From Mobula birostris (Eukaryota): a DNA stretch of 64,000 nt. The notes beneath the pieces are model-generated. The model was not told the DNA's origin. It saw only the letters and a list, made by a program, of their open reading frames with translations, and did not search any database. The position numbers and the translations under genes were made by a program. Shown in pieces: positions 47,476 through 61,385 of the stretch (positions are counted from its first letter, which is position 1; the number at the start of each line of letters is the position of its first letter). The stretch covers positions 176,090,647 through 176,154,646 of the forward strand of contig NC_092370.1 in NCBI RefSeq assembly GCF_030028105.1, given 5' to 3'.

Positions 47476-50400
47476 CAAGTCAAGTCAAGTCAAATTTATT
47501 TATATAAGACCATAAGACAAAGGAGCAGAAGTTGGCCATTCGGCCCATCGAGTCTGCTCCGCCATTTTATCATGAGTTTATACATTCCCCCAATTAGTCC
47601 CACTCCCCCACCTTCTCACCATAACCTTTGATACCCTGGCTACTCAGATACCTATCAATCTCTGCCTTAAATACACCCAATGACTTGACCTCCACTGCCG
47701 CCCGTGACAACAAATTCCATAGATTCTCCACCCTCTGGTTAAAAAAATTTCTTCACATCTCTGTTCTGAACGGGCGCCCTTCAATCCTTAAATCATGCTC
47801 TCTCGTACTAGACTCCCCCGCCATGGGAAACAACTTTGCCACATCCACTCTGTCCATGCCTTTCAACATTCGAAATGTTTCTATGAGGTCCCCCCTCATT
47901 CTTCTAAACTCCAAGTAATACAGTCCAAGAGCGGTCAAATGTTCCTCATATGTTAACCCTCTCATTCCTGGAATCATTCTAGTGAATCTTCTCTGAACCC
48001 TCTCCAACATCAGCACATCCTTTCTTAAATAAGGAACCCAAAACTGCCCACAGTACTCCAAGTGAGATCTTACCAGTGCCTTATAGAGCCTCAACATCAC
48101 ATCCCTGCTCCTATACTCTATTCCCCTAGAAATGAATGCCAACAATGCATTCGCCTTCTTCACCACCAACTCAACCTGGAGGTTAACTTTAACGGTATCC
48201 TGCACAAGGACTCCCAATTGCTGTTGCATCTCAGAATTTTGAATTCTCTCCCCATTTAAATAATAGTCTGCCTGTTTATTTATTCTGCCAAAGTGCATAA
48301 CCATGCACTTTCCAACATTGTATTTCATTTGCCACTTTGCCCATTCTCCCAATCTATCCAAGTCTCTCTGCAGACTCTCTGTTTCCTTAGCACTACCGGC
48401 CCCTCCACCTATCTTCGTATCATCAGCAAACTTAGCCACAAAGCCATCTATTCCATAATCCAAATCGTTGATGTACAAAGTAAAAAGAAGTGGCCCCAAC
48501 ACGGACCCCTGTGGAACACCACTGGTAACCGGCAACCAACCAGAATGGGATCCCTTTATTCCCACTCTCTGTTTCCTGCCAATCAGCCAACGCTCATCTA
48601 CGTATGTAACTTTCCCGTAATTCCATCGGCTCTTATCTTGTTAAACAGCCTCATGTGTGGCACCTTGTCAAAGGCCTTCTGAAAATCCAAATATACAACA
48701 TCCACTGCATCTTCTGAAAATCCAAATATACAACATCCATAGCACATTTAAAAACAACCCATGTTGACCGAAGTGCTGTACAGATCAGAGCAGATAGCTA
48801 AAATCACAAATACAAGAAACACAGACATAACCAACAAGGCAAACAGCTTATAGGCACAGAAGAAACAGCAAAAAGGCCCTGGCACAAGCCAAAAATCAGC
48901 CACATCAGGAGGATTCAAAAGTTAGTGAATAAAGGTAAGTTTTGAGCCTGGATTTAAAAGAGACAATGGAGGGGGCAGATCTGATAGGGAGGGGAATGCT
49001 GTTCCACAGTCTAGGGGCTACAACAGCAAAGGCGCCGTCACCCCTGAGCTTAAGTTTAGATCGCGGGACAGCCAGGAACCCCAAGTCAGCCTACCTGAGG
49101 GACCTGGAAGTAGAATAAAGGGTTAGAAGGTCTGTGATATAAGCGGGGGGGGGGGGGAGCCCATTTAGGGCTTTATAAGCAAACAGGAGAATCTTAAAAT
49201 TAATTCTGAACTGTACTGACAGCCAGTGGAGGGAGGCCAGGATAGGAGTAATATGGTCCCTCTTCCGCGCACCTGTCAGGGGCCTGACTGCGGCATTCTG
49301 GACCAGTTGCAGACGGGACAGGAACGACTGACTAATCCCAGTGTACGGGGAGTTGGAGTAGTCCAAGCGGGAGGATATAAGGGCATGGATGACTTTCTCA
49401 AGATCTTTGAAGGAGACAAACTGCTTGATTTTGGCAATAGTACAAAGCTGGAAAAAACTGGCTTTTACTACTGTATTAACTTGCTTGTCAAACTTAAAGG
49501 TGGAATCAAATATCACACAAAGGAATTTAACATGGGGTTTGACAAGGGTGGACAGGTTACCAAGACTGTTGGTAATCACTTTGATGGAGTCAGGGGGGCC
49601 AAGTAGGACAACTTCAGACTTGCCTTCATTCAGCTGTAGGAAGATTTGTGCCATCCAACACTTTATGCCCTCAAGGCAGTTCATGAGGCTGACTAGATTT
49701 GACTGGTCGTTTGGTTTCAGGGGGAGATGAAGCTGTGTGTTGTCAGCATAACAATGGAAAGAAATGTCGTATTTTTGAACGATTTGACCGAGGGGAAGCA
49801 TGTATATAGAGAAAAGAATGGGACCTAGGATGGAACCTTGTGGGACCCCGCAGGAGAGACTAGCTGGGCGAGAAGAGAACTTGCCTATGTTGACGGAGAA
49901 ACTTCTATTTTTGAGGTAGGATATAAACCAGTTCAAGGCAGTGCTATCAACACCAACCCTGTACTGGAGATGGTCTATTAAGATGGCATGATCCACAGTA
50001 TTGAATGCTGTGCTGAGGTCAAGAAGAATTAGGATGGCAGAGTCACCTGAGTCGGTAGAGAGGAGCAGGTCATTGTACACTTTCAGCAGGGCAGACTCTG
50101 TGCTATGATAAGCTTTAAAACCTGACTGAAATCTTTCCAAGATGTTGTTTTGGTGTAGGTAGGGCAGCAATTGACTAAGAATAACCTTTTCGAGAACCTT
50201 TGACAGGAATGGAAGTTTAGAAATAGGTCTGTAGTTACTAGGTAAGGTAGGGTCTAAGTTGGGTTTTGTCAGGAGGGGCTGGACCACGGCATGCTTGAAA
50301 CAGGTTGGAACGGTACAGTGGCCAGGGAGCTGTTGATAATAGAGAGGATGCTGGGACAGGCTATGTCAAAGACATCCTTCGGGAGGGCAGTGGGGACAAC

Positions 50401-52400
50401 ATCAAGGGGGCAGGTTGCAGGTTTCATGGTGGAAATAATTTTTGTAAGGGAGGGTAGCGTGGTGGGTTGGAAACAGTCCAGTTTAGATGAACAAACCAGT
50501 GAAACAGCTAGGTCACAGGTGGGGGGGGGGGGTGAAATATTCATTCTAATGTCCTCAACTTTGCTAATGAAGAATTTTAAAAATTCTTTGCACTTAGCAG
50601 GGGACACATCTAAAGTAATACAGGAGGGACAAATGACAGAATTTATGGTACTGAATAAGACCTTGGGATTATGAGAGTTGTTGGAAGTTAGGTCAGAAAA
50701 CTATTTTGCTCTCGCAGCTTTAACTGCTTCCTGATACTTGTGAAGACTGTTTCTCAAAATTTCAAAAGAAATTTGAAGCTTGTCACACTTCCACTTTCAT
50801 TCAGATATTCTGCACTCCCTCCTCAGGGCTCTGGTGGTGTCATTAAGCCAAGGCAAACCTTTAGGCTTAAACATTTTCAATTTAAGTGGAGCAACAGTAT
50901 TCAGAATAGAAGAGCAGGTGGTATTAAATAAGGAAGGAAGCTCCCCAGTGCTGAGATGGGAAGGGAAGCCTCAATGGTGCAAGTGTTGGGAGCAGCTATG
51001 ACAGCCCCAGAGAACTTACTGGCAGTTGAAGAATTAATACAGTGAGAATAACATACAGGAAGATGAGATTTAATAGAGGAAAAAGGCAGAGATACATTGA
51101 ACATAACAGCGCTATGATCCGACAGACAAGCGTCAATTATTACCGCATTGCAGATAGGGAAACCAGATGATAAGACTAGGTCGGGTGTATGGCCTAGCAT
51201 GTGAGTGGGTCTGGTGATAAGCAGAGCAAGATTAAAAGACTCAACCAGATACATAAAATCACTTACGAGAGGCTTAGTGGGACAGCAAACATGAATATTA
51301 AAATCGCCAAAAATCAGAACTTGATCAAAGTTGAGCGTAGTGTTTGAGAGGAAGTCCAAAAATTGAGTAATAAAATCTTTATGTACTTTTGGTGGATGAT
51401 ACACAAGAGCAATTAAGAGGGGATTGACCAGGCCCACTTTAATTAATTGCACCTCAAAGTTAGGGAAATAATCAGAGTTCAGTAGACGGCAATTAAAATG
51501 ATTATTAAACACAGCAGCTAGACCCCTCCGCGTCCAGAGGGTCTAGGCGTGCTAAAAAAGTTACAGTCATCTGGACAGACTTTAACAAGTGGAGCAAGCT
51601 CACTGGTACTTAGCCAGGTTTCCGTCACCAGGAAGAAACCCAATCCCTGGGTGGTGAAAAAGTCGTTGAGAATACAAGTCTTATTGGATAAGGACCTCGC
51701 GTTGATCTGAATCAGTTTGACTGGGATAGCAGCACAATCCAGCAATGGCTCACATGCCAGAGGGCGGAGGTTCCGGAAGACTACTCCACTGCGCTGAATG
51801 AAGAGCTGAATGTGTAAGCCTTTCCCTGCCAGTACATAACCTCTCCAACAGCAAGCCTCATGTAGTGCCTCCTTGCTGGCAACACACGTAAATCAAACTC
51901 CTTTCGGACTCAGGCTGAACTACAGAGGATGGGGAGGAGGTCTGGCCCCTGCACACATAGCGCACAGGCCCACTGGCGCGTGGACACACCCTGGTACTCG
52001 TGAACCAGATCCCCAGCTATGGGTAAATAGCCTCACTGTCTTGTGGGCAGCCTCAGGAGAGACGATGGCTATGGGAGTGAACCCAGACAGCAAATCCGGA
52101 GTGGAGCCCCTAAGGAGGCTGGACGTCATTGAACATCCTTCCGGCAGCCAAGCTGGTGCCAAACGTATTGCTTCATGAACTTTCATTTGGACTACATGGT
52201 GAGGCCAAGAGGGGGATCTTGACGACCGGGCATGTCAGGATCTCCATACCTTCCGCCCAGGCTTGAGATGATGATGATCACCCATTGTCCTCCAAGACAG
52301 GCGGATGCCAACCAACCAACCAACTATGTGAATAGTGTTACATAAATAGGCTGTTGTCACTGTTTTGGGGTGTATACCACAATTCCAACATCTATACACC
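47476..52400 (-). mobile_element. L2-clade LINE, near full length with frameshifts (5' boundary approximate); 3' tail split by a CR1
   Basis: APE INARSLSNK, VTETWL, GDFNIH, SDH; RT NYRPISKLPFLSKVLEK, QSGFKAYHSTESALLKV, GVPQGSILGP, YADNTQ, SRLDY; (CTTGA)n tail at 47476-47493. Confidence 0.9.
47504..48739 (-). mobile_element. CR1 LINE 3' part
   Basis: VPQGSVLGP, KFADDTK, RSHLEYC; (TCTTATGG)n tail. Confidence 0.92.
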
Positions 52401-52882
52401 AGCATTAAAATAAATATCAACCCCTTGCAACAGTGAGGTTGAGTGCTTTATGTCTGTTGATAACAGATGTCAAATGTTGACGAACAGTTCCCCAATAAAA
52501 GAGCACAGTACATTATTATTCCAACTGCTGGTCATTTTATTGTTGGCACTGAATGATAAGCCATGTTCAGTGAAGAGCATACATATCTTTAAATATAGAT
52601 ATCCAATGTTGTGCCACTCCAATGTGGGCTTCACAGAAGCAGCATCTGACTGACTACCTCACCACTAACTTGCAAAGAATATCCTGAAGTTGGTGAGGTA
52701 TGTACAAATACACTCTGGTGCAGATACTAAAGGAGAATAGTGTACAGACCCGAGAAAAGTTGAATGTTCAATCTTTCTGGCACCAAAACTTAATTGTTGT
52801 GAATGTGAAATATCAATTCCTCAATTAATCTATTGACATGGAGTATTTTGAAAAATGTCAAATGTTAATTTTCAAGCTTTAT

Positions 52883-55215
52883 TAGACCATAAGGCATAGG
52901 AGCAGAATTATCTCATTTACACCATCAAGTTTGCTCTGCCATTCCATCATGGCTGATTTATTATTCCTCTCAACCCCATTCTCCTGCCTTATCGCTGTAA
53001 CCTTTGATGCCCTGACTAATCAAGAACATATCAACCTCCACTTTAAATATATCCAGTGACTTGGCTTCCCAGCCGTCTGTGGCAAAGAATTCCACAGATT
53101 CACCTCTCCACCTCATCTCCATTCTAGAAGGACATCCTTCTATTCTGAGGCTGTGTTCTCTGGTCTTAGACTCTACCAATACAGGGAACGTCCTCTCCAC
53201 TTACACACTATAAAGACCTTACACTATTGGATAGTTTCAATGGGGTCACCCCTCATTCTTCTGAATTCTGGTGAATGCAGGCTTCAGAGTTATCAAACGC
53301 TCTTCATTTGAAAAGCCATTCAATCCTGGAATCATTTTCGTGAACCTCCTTTGAACCCTGTCCAGTTTCAGCTCATCCTTTCTAAGATAAAGGGCCCAAA
53401 CCTGCTCGCAATACTCCAAGTGAGGCCTCACCAATGCTTTATAAAATCTCAACATTTCGTCCTTGCTTTTATATTCTAGTCCTCTTGAAATGAATGCTAA
53501 CATTGCATTTGCCTTCCTCACCACAGACTCAACCTGCAAGGTAACCTTTTGAGAATTCTGTACAAGGACTCCCAAGTCCCTCTGCACCTAAATTTTTTGT
53601 ATTTTCTCTCCATTTAGAAAGTAGTCAACCCTTTCATTTCTTTAACCAAAGTGCATGACCATACACTTCCCAACACTGTATTCCACCTGCCATTTCTTTG
53701 CCCATTCTCCTAGACTGTCTAAATCCTTCTGTAGCCTCTCTATTTCCCCAAAACTATCTGCCCTTCCATCTATCTTCATATCATCTGCAAACTTTGCATT
53801 AAATCCATCATTCCATCATCCAAGTTATTGACATTAAATGTAAAAAGAACAGTCCCAACATAGGCCTCTGTGAAACACCACTAGTCACTGGCAGCCCCCT
53901 TTATTCCCACTCTTTGCCTCACTGCCAATCAGCCACTGCTTTATCCACATTAGGATCTTTCTTGTAATACGATAGGCCCATAGCTTGTTAAGCAGCCTCA
54001 TGTTTGGCACCATGTCAAAGGCCTTCTGAAAAACCAAATTACACAACATCACCCGATTCTCCTTTGTCTATCCTGCTTGTTAATTCTTCAAAGAATTCCA
54101 CAGATTTGTCAGACAAGATTTTCCCATGAGGAAACCCTAAAGTCCACGGCCTATTTTATCATGTACTTCCAAGTACCCTGAGACCTCATCCTTAATAATC
54201 GACTCCACCATCTCCCAAACCACTGAGATCAGACTAACTGGCCTATAGTTTCCTTCTTTTTCCTCTCTGCCTTCTTGAAGAGTAGAGTTACATTTGCAAT
54301 TTTTCAGTCTTCCAGAACCTTTTCAGAATCTAGTGGTTCTTGAAAGATCATAACTAATGCCTCCACAATCTCTTCAGCCACCTCTTTCAGAATCCTGGGA
54401 TGTACACCATCTGGTCCAGGTGACTTATCTACCTTCAGACCTTCCAGTTTCCCAAGAACCTTCTCTCTAGTTACCGTAACTTCACACACTTCATGACTCC
54501 TGGTACCTGGAACTTCCACCATACAGCTAATGTCCTCTACTGTGAAGACTGATGCAAAATACTTATTCAGTTTGCCTACCATTTCCTTATCCTCCATTAT
54601 TACTTCTCTAGCATCGTTTTCCAACGGTCCAATATCCATTCTTGCCTCTCTTTTACACTATAAGTATCTGAATAAACTTTTGGGATCCTCTTTAATATTA
54701 TTGGCTAACTTACTTTTGTATTCCAGTATGAAATACATTCACATTCTTTTGATATGAATGCTTACATTGCATTTGCCTTCCTTAGTACCGACTCAATTAC
54801 AATTTAATCTTTAAGGAGTCCTGCACTGGGACCCCATTTTGAATTCTGAATTTGCTCCCCATTTAGAAAATATTCTATACCTATAATCTTTCTACTGAAG
54901 TGCATGACCATACAAGTCCTTACACTGTATTCTATCTGCCACTTCTTTGCCCATTCTTCTAATCTACATCCGTCCTTCTGTAGACTCCCTGCTTCTTCAA
55001 CACTGCCTGCCCCTCCACCTACCTTTATATCAGCGGCAAATTTGGCCACAAAACCATCAACTCCGTCATCCAAATCATTGACAGGTAATGTTAAAAGAAG
55101 TGGAACACCACTCGTCACTGGCAGCCAACCTGAAAAGACCCCCTTTATTCCCATTTTTTTGCATCCTGCCAATCAGCCAATCTTCTATCCATGTGTGCAT
55201 TTCCTGTGATACTAT
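52883..55215 (-). mobile_element. Two decayed CR1 fragments (about 52883-54720 and 54730-55215)
   Basis: KSPGPDGVHP, RPHLEYC, AKFAAD remnants. Confidence 0.85.
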
Positions 55216-55656
55216 GGCTCTATTTACCCTTCCTTTCCATCTTTTCCCTCTCATAATCAAGTCATTCTTTCACTTTAATTATAAGGCTTTACCTGATTTG
55301 ACATTGAATTCACCCTCTGTATATTTCCTAATCTTTCAAGCTGATTAGTTAAGAAGATACCCTTTTTGTGCTACTTCAGCTACTATTATCTCACCTATTC
55401 TAGTTCTGCAGAGGTGCAGAGGTGTTAGTCCAGATACCTACTCAGTTGGGTAGTGCCTGTCTCACCCCAGCACATAGTGTGGATCCAGTATAGGATTCAT
55501 CAGTCACTTCAGTACCCATGGAACTAAGATGGAACAAGACATCTTTGATCATGAGGGAGTGTCCAAGATAAAAGAAATGCCCTGCCATAGCAGATTCTAG
55601 CCCATTTCAGAGTCCAGATTATCAGAAAGAATATTCTAGTTAATGGAACACTCACA

Positions 55657-56440
55657 AGGTGAAAAACCAGTAAGGGAAAAGATAAAGGGGTGGGGGAGGG
55701 GAGGCAGGGAGGTGATAGGCAGGAAAGGTGAAGAAAGAATAGGGGAAAACACAATGGGTAGTAGAAGGAGGCGGAACCATGAAGGAGGTGATAGGCAGCT
55801 GGGGGAGGGGGCAGAGTGACATAGGGATAGGGAAAGGGAGGGGGAGGGAATTACCGGAAGTTGGAGAATTCTATGTTCATACCAAGGTGCTGGAGGCTAC
55901 CTAGACAGTATATGGGGTGTTGCTCCTCCAACCTGAGTTTAGCCTCATCATGGCAGTAGAGGAGGCCATGTATGGACATATCTGAATGGGAAGCAGAGTT
56001 TAAGTGGGTGGCTACTGGGAGATCCTGTCTGTTTTGGCGGATGGAGCGGAGGTGCTCGACGAAGCGGAGCCTCATGTCACTCTGCCCCCTCCCCCAGCTG
56101 CCTACCACCTCCCTCATGGTTCCGCCTCCTTCTACTACCCATTGTGTTTTCCCCTATTCTTTCTTCACCTTTCCTGCCTATCACCTCCCTGCCTCTCCTC
56201 TCCCACCCCTTTATCTTTCCTGTTCCTTGTTTTTCACCTGGAACCTACCAGCCTTCTCCTTCCCACCCTGCCCCCACCTTCTTTACAGGGCCTCTACCCC
56301 TTCCCCTTACAGTCCTGACGAAGGGTTCCGGCCCGAAACGTCGACCGATCTTTTCCACGGATGCTGCCCGACCTGCTGAGTTCCTCCAGCATGTTGTGAG
56401 TGTTGCTTTGACCGCAGTATCTGCAGATTATTTTGTGTTC
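55657..56440. mobile_element. Penelope-like element with inverted 3' duplication
   Basis: Arms about 55657-55822 and 56074-56238; RFVEHLRSIR...LEEQH...GMNIEFSNFR. Confidence 0.85.
56311..56346 (+). ncRNA. Minimal type I hammerhead ribozyme motif in a PLE pLTR
   Basis: GTC-CTGACGA-AGGGTTCCGGCCC-GAAA-CGTC-GAC. Confidence 0.7.
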
Positions 56441-56896
56441 TAGTTAATGGGTCACAAAGCAAGTAAACTATAGATGCTGGAAATATGAAATAAAAACAGA
56501 TAAGTTGGAAACATTTAGAAACCCAGATACCTTTCATAGAAAAGTGAGACAGAAACACCTCGAGAATTCAAGGAGAAAACCAAGGGGCTGGCACTTTTAA
56601 TTTGGACAGTTGGTAATGGCTCCACTGACTTGAAACACTCACAATAAATTGTCCTGTGATGAAATCAAGGATAAAAGCATTCACCAGCAACTTTGATATG
56701 TGTTGCGTAAATTGGGGGTTGATAGGTGCCGTGGCTTGAAGGGCCAGAAGGACCTATTCAACACCATATCTCTAAATAAAATATACTAAAACAATAAGAA
56801 TTTAAAAAGTGGAAGTGATGAGAAAGAAAGAGGACAAAGGATAGACTTGCATAACATCTCAGGTAGTGGTCAGGTCAGGAGGCAGCTTGAATGCTT

Positions 56897-57265
56897 GTAG
56901 AGTCTTAGAAAAGTACAGCACAGAAACAGGCCCTTTGGCCCATCTACTTCATGCCAGACCGGTTGAACTGCCTGCTTCCATCAACTTGCACTGGGACCTT
57001 AGACCTCCATACCACAACCATCCATGTACGTATCCAAACTTCTCTTAAATGTGGAAATCGAGCTCGCGTGCATCACTTGCTCTGGCAGCTCATTCCACAC
57101 TCTCTCAACCCTCTGAGTGAAGAAGTTTCCCCTCGTGTTCCCCTTAAAATTTTCACCTTTCACCCTTAATCTACAACTTTTACTTGTAGTTCCATCCAAA
57201 AACTAGAGATCATGGGTTAAGGGTGAAACGTGAAATATTTAAGGGGAACATGAGGGGAACTTCAG
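56897..57265. mobile_element. CR1 3' fragment with a short inverted duplication
   Basis: RGNFFTQRV on the - strand; 57122-57170 mirrors 57213-57263. Confidence 0.7.
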
Positions 57266-58076
57266 AATAATGTCAAATAAATACCATTATTAGGTCTGCT
57301 GTTAGGTTTTTTAAGACTGTGTGTAAACTGAATATACCAGCTGACCATTCCCTCACTGCAGAGTAAGTACTTAAGATCTGTCCCATATTATATACTGGAA
57401 TTCAAAATCCACAATCTGAGTGAGGTTCCTCGAGATTTCAGTCAATTATATCACATATTCATTACAAGGTACAAAATTACAAAACAGTGAGTAACAGATA
57501 ACAAATAATCTGATTGAGATGGCACAATAAACTTAACCAGGAATTACAATTATTTTATTGCTTCATTGATGGGCACATCAATAGAACAAAATCTTCCCCA
57601 AGCCTGACTGCAATACCAAAATCTTGCAAATATTTTAAAGTACAAATGTTTGCTCTTGTGATAACACATATGCAGGGCACCCTCAGTAAAGCTCGACTTT
57701 TATTTGTCCCTGAACTGGTAGATACCATTAGCACAGGTAGAATGACACAAATGCAGAGGCCAACTGCGCCTATTTGTACTCTTGCGAGTGGCCTATAACC
57801 TCAATCAGTTTTAAGATTTGGTAACAATATTGAAAATGGAACAGTGATAATCTTCTCACAAACAATAGAAAACCTGCAGATGCTGGAAATCCAGGCAACA
57901 CACACAAAATGCTGGAGGAACACAGCAGGTCAGGCAGCATCTATGGAAAAAAAGCACAGTTGACGTTTTGGGCTGGGACCCTTAGGTAGGACCCGTAATA
58001 ATCTTTCGAATATTTCCAGCATTTTCTGTTTTCTTCTTCAGTCCTGCAGAAGGGTCTCGGCTCAAAATGTCGACTG

Positions 58077-59934
58077 ACTGTAAAAGCTTTTATAGATACG
58101 TGAAAAGAAAAAGATTGGTTAAGACAAGTGTAGGTCCCCTACAGACAGAAACAGGTGAATTGATTATGGGGAACAAGGACATGGCAGACCAATTGAATAA
58201 CTACTTTGGTTCTGTCTTCACTAAGGAGGACATAAATAATCTTCCGGAAATAGTAGGGGACAGAGGGTCTAGTGAGATGGAGGAACTGAGGGAAATACAT
58301 GTTAGTAGGGAAGTGGTGTTAGGTAAGTTGAAGGGATTAAAGGCAGATAAATCCCAAGGGCCAGATGGTCTGCATCCCAGAGTGCTGAAGGAAGTAGCCC
58401 AAGAAATAGTGGATGCATTAGTGATAATTTTTCAAAACTCTTTAGATTCTGGACAAGTTCCTGAGGATTGGAGGGTGGCTAATGTAACCCACTTTTTAAA
58501 AAAGGAGGGAGAGAGAAACCGGGGAATTATAGACCGGTTAGCCTAACATCGGTGGTGGGGAAAATGCTAGAGTCAGTTATCAAATATGTGATAACAGCAC
58601 ATTTGGAAAGCGGTGAAATCATCGGACAAAGTCAGCATGGATTTGTGAAAGGAAAATCATGTCTGACAAATCTCATAGAATTTTTTGAGGATGTAACTAG
58701 TAGAGTGGATAGGGGAGAACCAGTGGATGTGGTATATTTGGATTTTCAAAAGGCTTTTGACAAGGTCCCACACAGGAGATTAGTGTGCAAACTTAAAGCA
58801 CACAGTATTGGGGGTAAGGTATTGATGTGGATTGAAAATTGGTTGGCAGACAGGAAGCAAAGAGTGGGAATAAACGGGACCTTTTCAGAATGGCAGGCAG
58901 TGACTAGTGGGGTACCGCAAGGCTCAGTGCTGGGACCCCAGTTGTTTACAATATATATTAATGACTTAGATGAGGGAATTAAATGCAGCATCTCCAAGTT
59001 TGCGGATGACACGAAGCTGGGTGGCAGTGTTAGCCGTGAGGAGGATGCTAAGAGGATGCAGGGTGACTTGGATAGGTTAGATGAGTGGGCAAATTCATGG
59101 CAGATGCAATTTAATGTGGATAAATGTGAAGTTATCCACTTTGGTGGCAAAAACAGGAAGACAGATTATTATCTGAATGGTGGCCGATTAGGAAAAGGGG
59201 AGGTGCAATGAGACCTGGGTGTCATTATACACCAGTCATTGAAAGTGGACATGCAGGTATAGCAGGCGGTGAAAAAGGCGAATGGTATGTAGGCATTCAT
59301 AGCAAGAGGATTCGAGTACAGGAGCAGGGAGGTACTACTGCAGTTGTACAAGACCTTGGTGAGACCACACCTGGAGTATTGTGTGCAGTTTTGGTCCCCT
59401 AATCTGAGGAAAGACATTCTTGCCATAGAGGGAGTACAAAGAAAGTTCACCAGATTGATTCCTGGGATGGCAGGACTTTCATATGAAGAAAGACTGGATC
59501 GACTAGGCTTATACTCATTGGAATTTAGAAGATTGAGGGGGGATCTTATTGAAACGTATAAAATCCTAAAGGAATTGGACAGGCTTGATGCAGGAAGATT
59601 GTTCCCAATGTTGGGGAAGTCCAGAATGAGGGGTCACAGTTTGAGGATAAAGGGGAAGCCTTTTAGGACCGAGATTAGGAAAAACTTCTTCACACAGAGA
59701 GTGGTGAATCTGTGGAATTCTCTGCCACAGGAAACAGTTGAGGCCAGTTCATTGGCTATATTTAAGAGGGAGTTAGATATGGCCCTTGTGGCTAAAGGGA
59801 TCAGGGGGTATGGGGGGAAGGCTGGTACAGGGTTCTAAGTTGGATGATCAGCCATGATCATACTGAATGGCGCAGGCTCGAAGGGCCGAATGGCCTACTC
59901 CTGCACCTATTTTCTATGTTTCTATGTTTCTATG
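58077..59934 (+). mobile_element. CR1 LINE, 5'-truncated, inserted in a pLTR fold-back (57855-58076 and 59935-60020)
   Basis: QHGFVKGKSC, DFQKAFD, KFADDTK, RPHLEYCVQFWSP; 3' stem-loop ggccgaatggcc; (TTTCTATG)3 tail. Confidence 0.93.
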
Positions 59935-61109
59935 TTTATTCATTTCCATAGATGCTGCCTGACCTGCTGAGTTCCTATGTGTTGCTTGGATTTCCAGCAT
60001 CTGCAGACTTTCTTGTGATTTGGATTTTCTGTTTTTATTTTAGATTTCCAGCGTCTACAATTGCTTTGATTTTCTGTAAAATTTTATTTACTCACTCCGT
60101 TAACAAAAGCCATGGAGTACAGAGGAGTTAAAAATGATTCTGGCATCTTCCCCCTTCCTTTCCAGTACTGAAGAAGGGTTTTGGCCTAAAACATTGACAG
60201 TTCACTTCCATGGACCTGACATGCTGAATTCCTCTGGCATTTTGTGTGTTGCTTAAGAATAGCCACCCTGTACCAGAGCCTTACGAGATTATGAATAAAG
60301 CAATAAATTTTGCTAGCACTTATGCCAAATTTTCATGTTGCTACCAGAAGCCTGCAAAATGTGAACTACAGCTGAACTTTAATTACCTTAATTTTTAGCA
60401 GACAACCTTATCGGATCTCTGAAGCTCCATTCCTTTTGTCTGATAAACTCTCTGCCAACCTTTGCCATTTTCAGAAAACATCCTCTGTACAAAGAAATTT
60501 AAGTAGAATCAGTAACTGATTTCACAATAAAGACTGATGCTGCATCCAATCTAACAAAAATAAATATTGCCCTTTACAAGAAATGTTCCAACTGTTTATC
60601 AGAAAACCACGACCAAAACACTTAACTTCTCGCTGTTGTTGTCATTTGTACTCTTGTTAAGTTACCAAAGATCCATGGAAAATATGAGACAGAATTGGTT
60701 TACAGAGAAACAGCGTTAATGTCAATGACACCAGGTCAATGACCATTCATCGGAACTGGGAAAGTTTAGAAATCAGGCTTAATTTTAAGTTGCAGATATA
60801 GAGAGAGGTGGAGTGAAAAGGACTACCTGTGATTGGTGGGGGTGGGGGGTTGGGGATTAGGGTTAGAGTACCTGGATGATAGAGACTAGTGTTGGCAGAA
60901 TGACGGTGAAAATGTCTTGCAAATGGCGCTAATCTGTCCGAAGAAGGCCTAAATAAAGGGAGGACTACACAGAGAGATAAACAAATTTAAAAATATGCTG
61001 GAACCATGAAATATAGAACACAACAATTGTTGGAAATTGAAGTAAAGAAGCATAGTGAGAAAGCTGAACAGTTCAATTAGCATCCATGGAGAGAGAAAGC
61101 TGAGTAACA

Positions 61110-61385
61110 CATACATATTGCTGGAGGAACTCATTTGCTCAGGCAGTTTCTATGGAGAGGAATAAAGAGCTAATGTTTCGGCTAAGGAAACAGTAACACA
61201 CAAAATGCGGGGAGAACTCAGCAGGTCAGGAAGCGCCTGTGGAGAGGAATAAAGAGCCAATCTTTTGGGCAGAGACTGTTCATCGTAACTCCTCTCCATA
61301 GATCCTGCCTAACCTGCTGGGTTCCTCTAGCATTTTTTGTATGTGTTGCTCTGGATTTCAAGCATCTGCAGAATCTCTTGTGTTT
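61110..61385. repeat. Tandem and fold-back pLTR remnants
   Basis: Arms about 61195-61250 and 61290-61348. Confidence 0.7.

Noticed and set aside
60408-60486. Possible minus-strand exon (RMFSENGKGWQRVYQ / MAKVGREFIRQKEW)
   Set aside because: Only a faint ENTH-like resemblance, a weak donor and no partner exons
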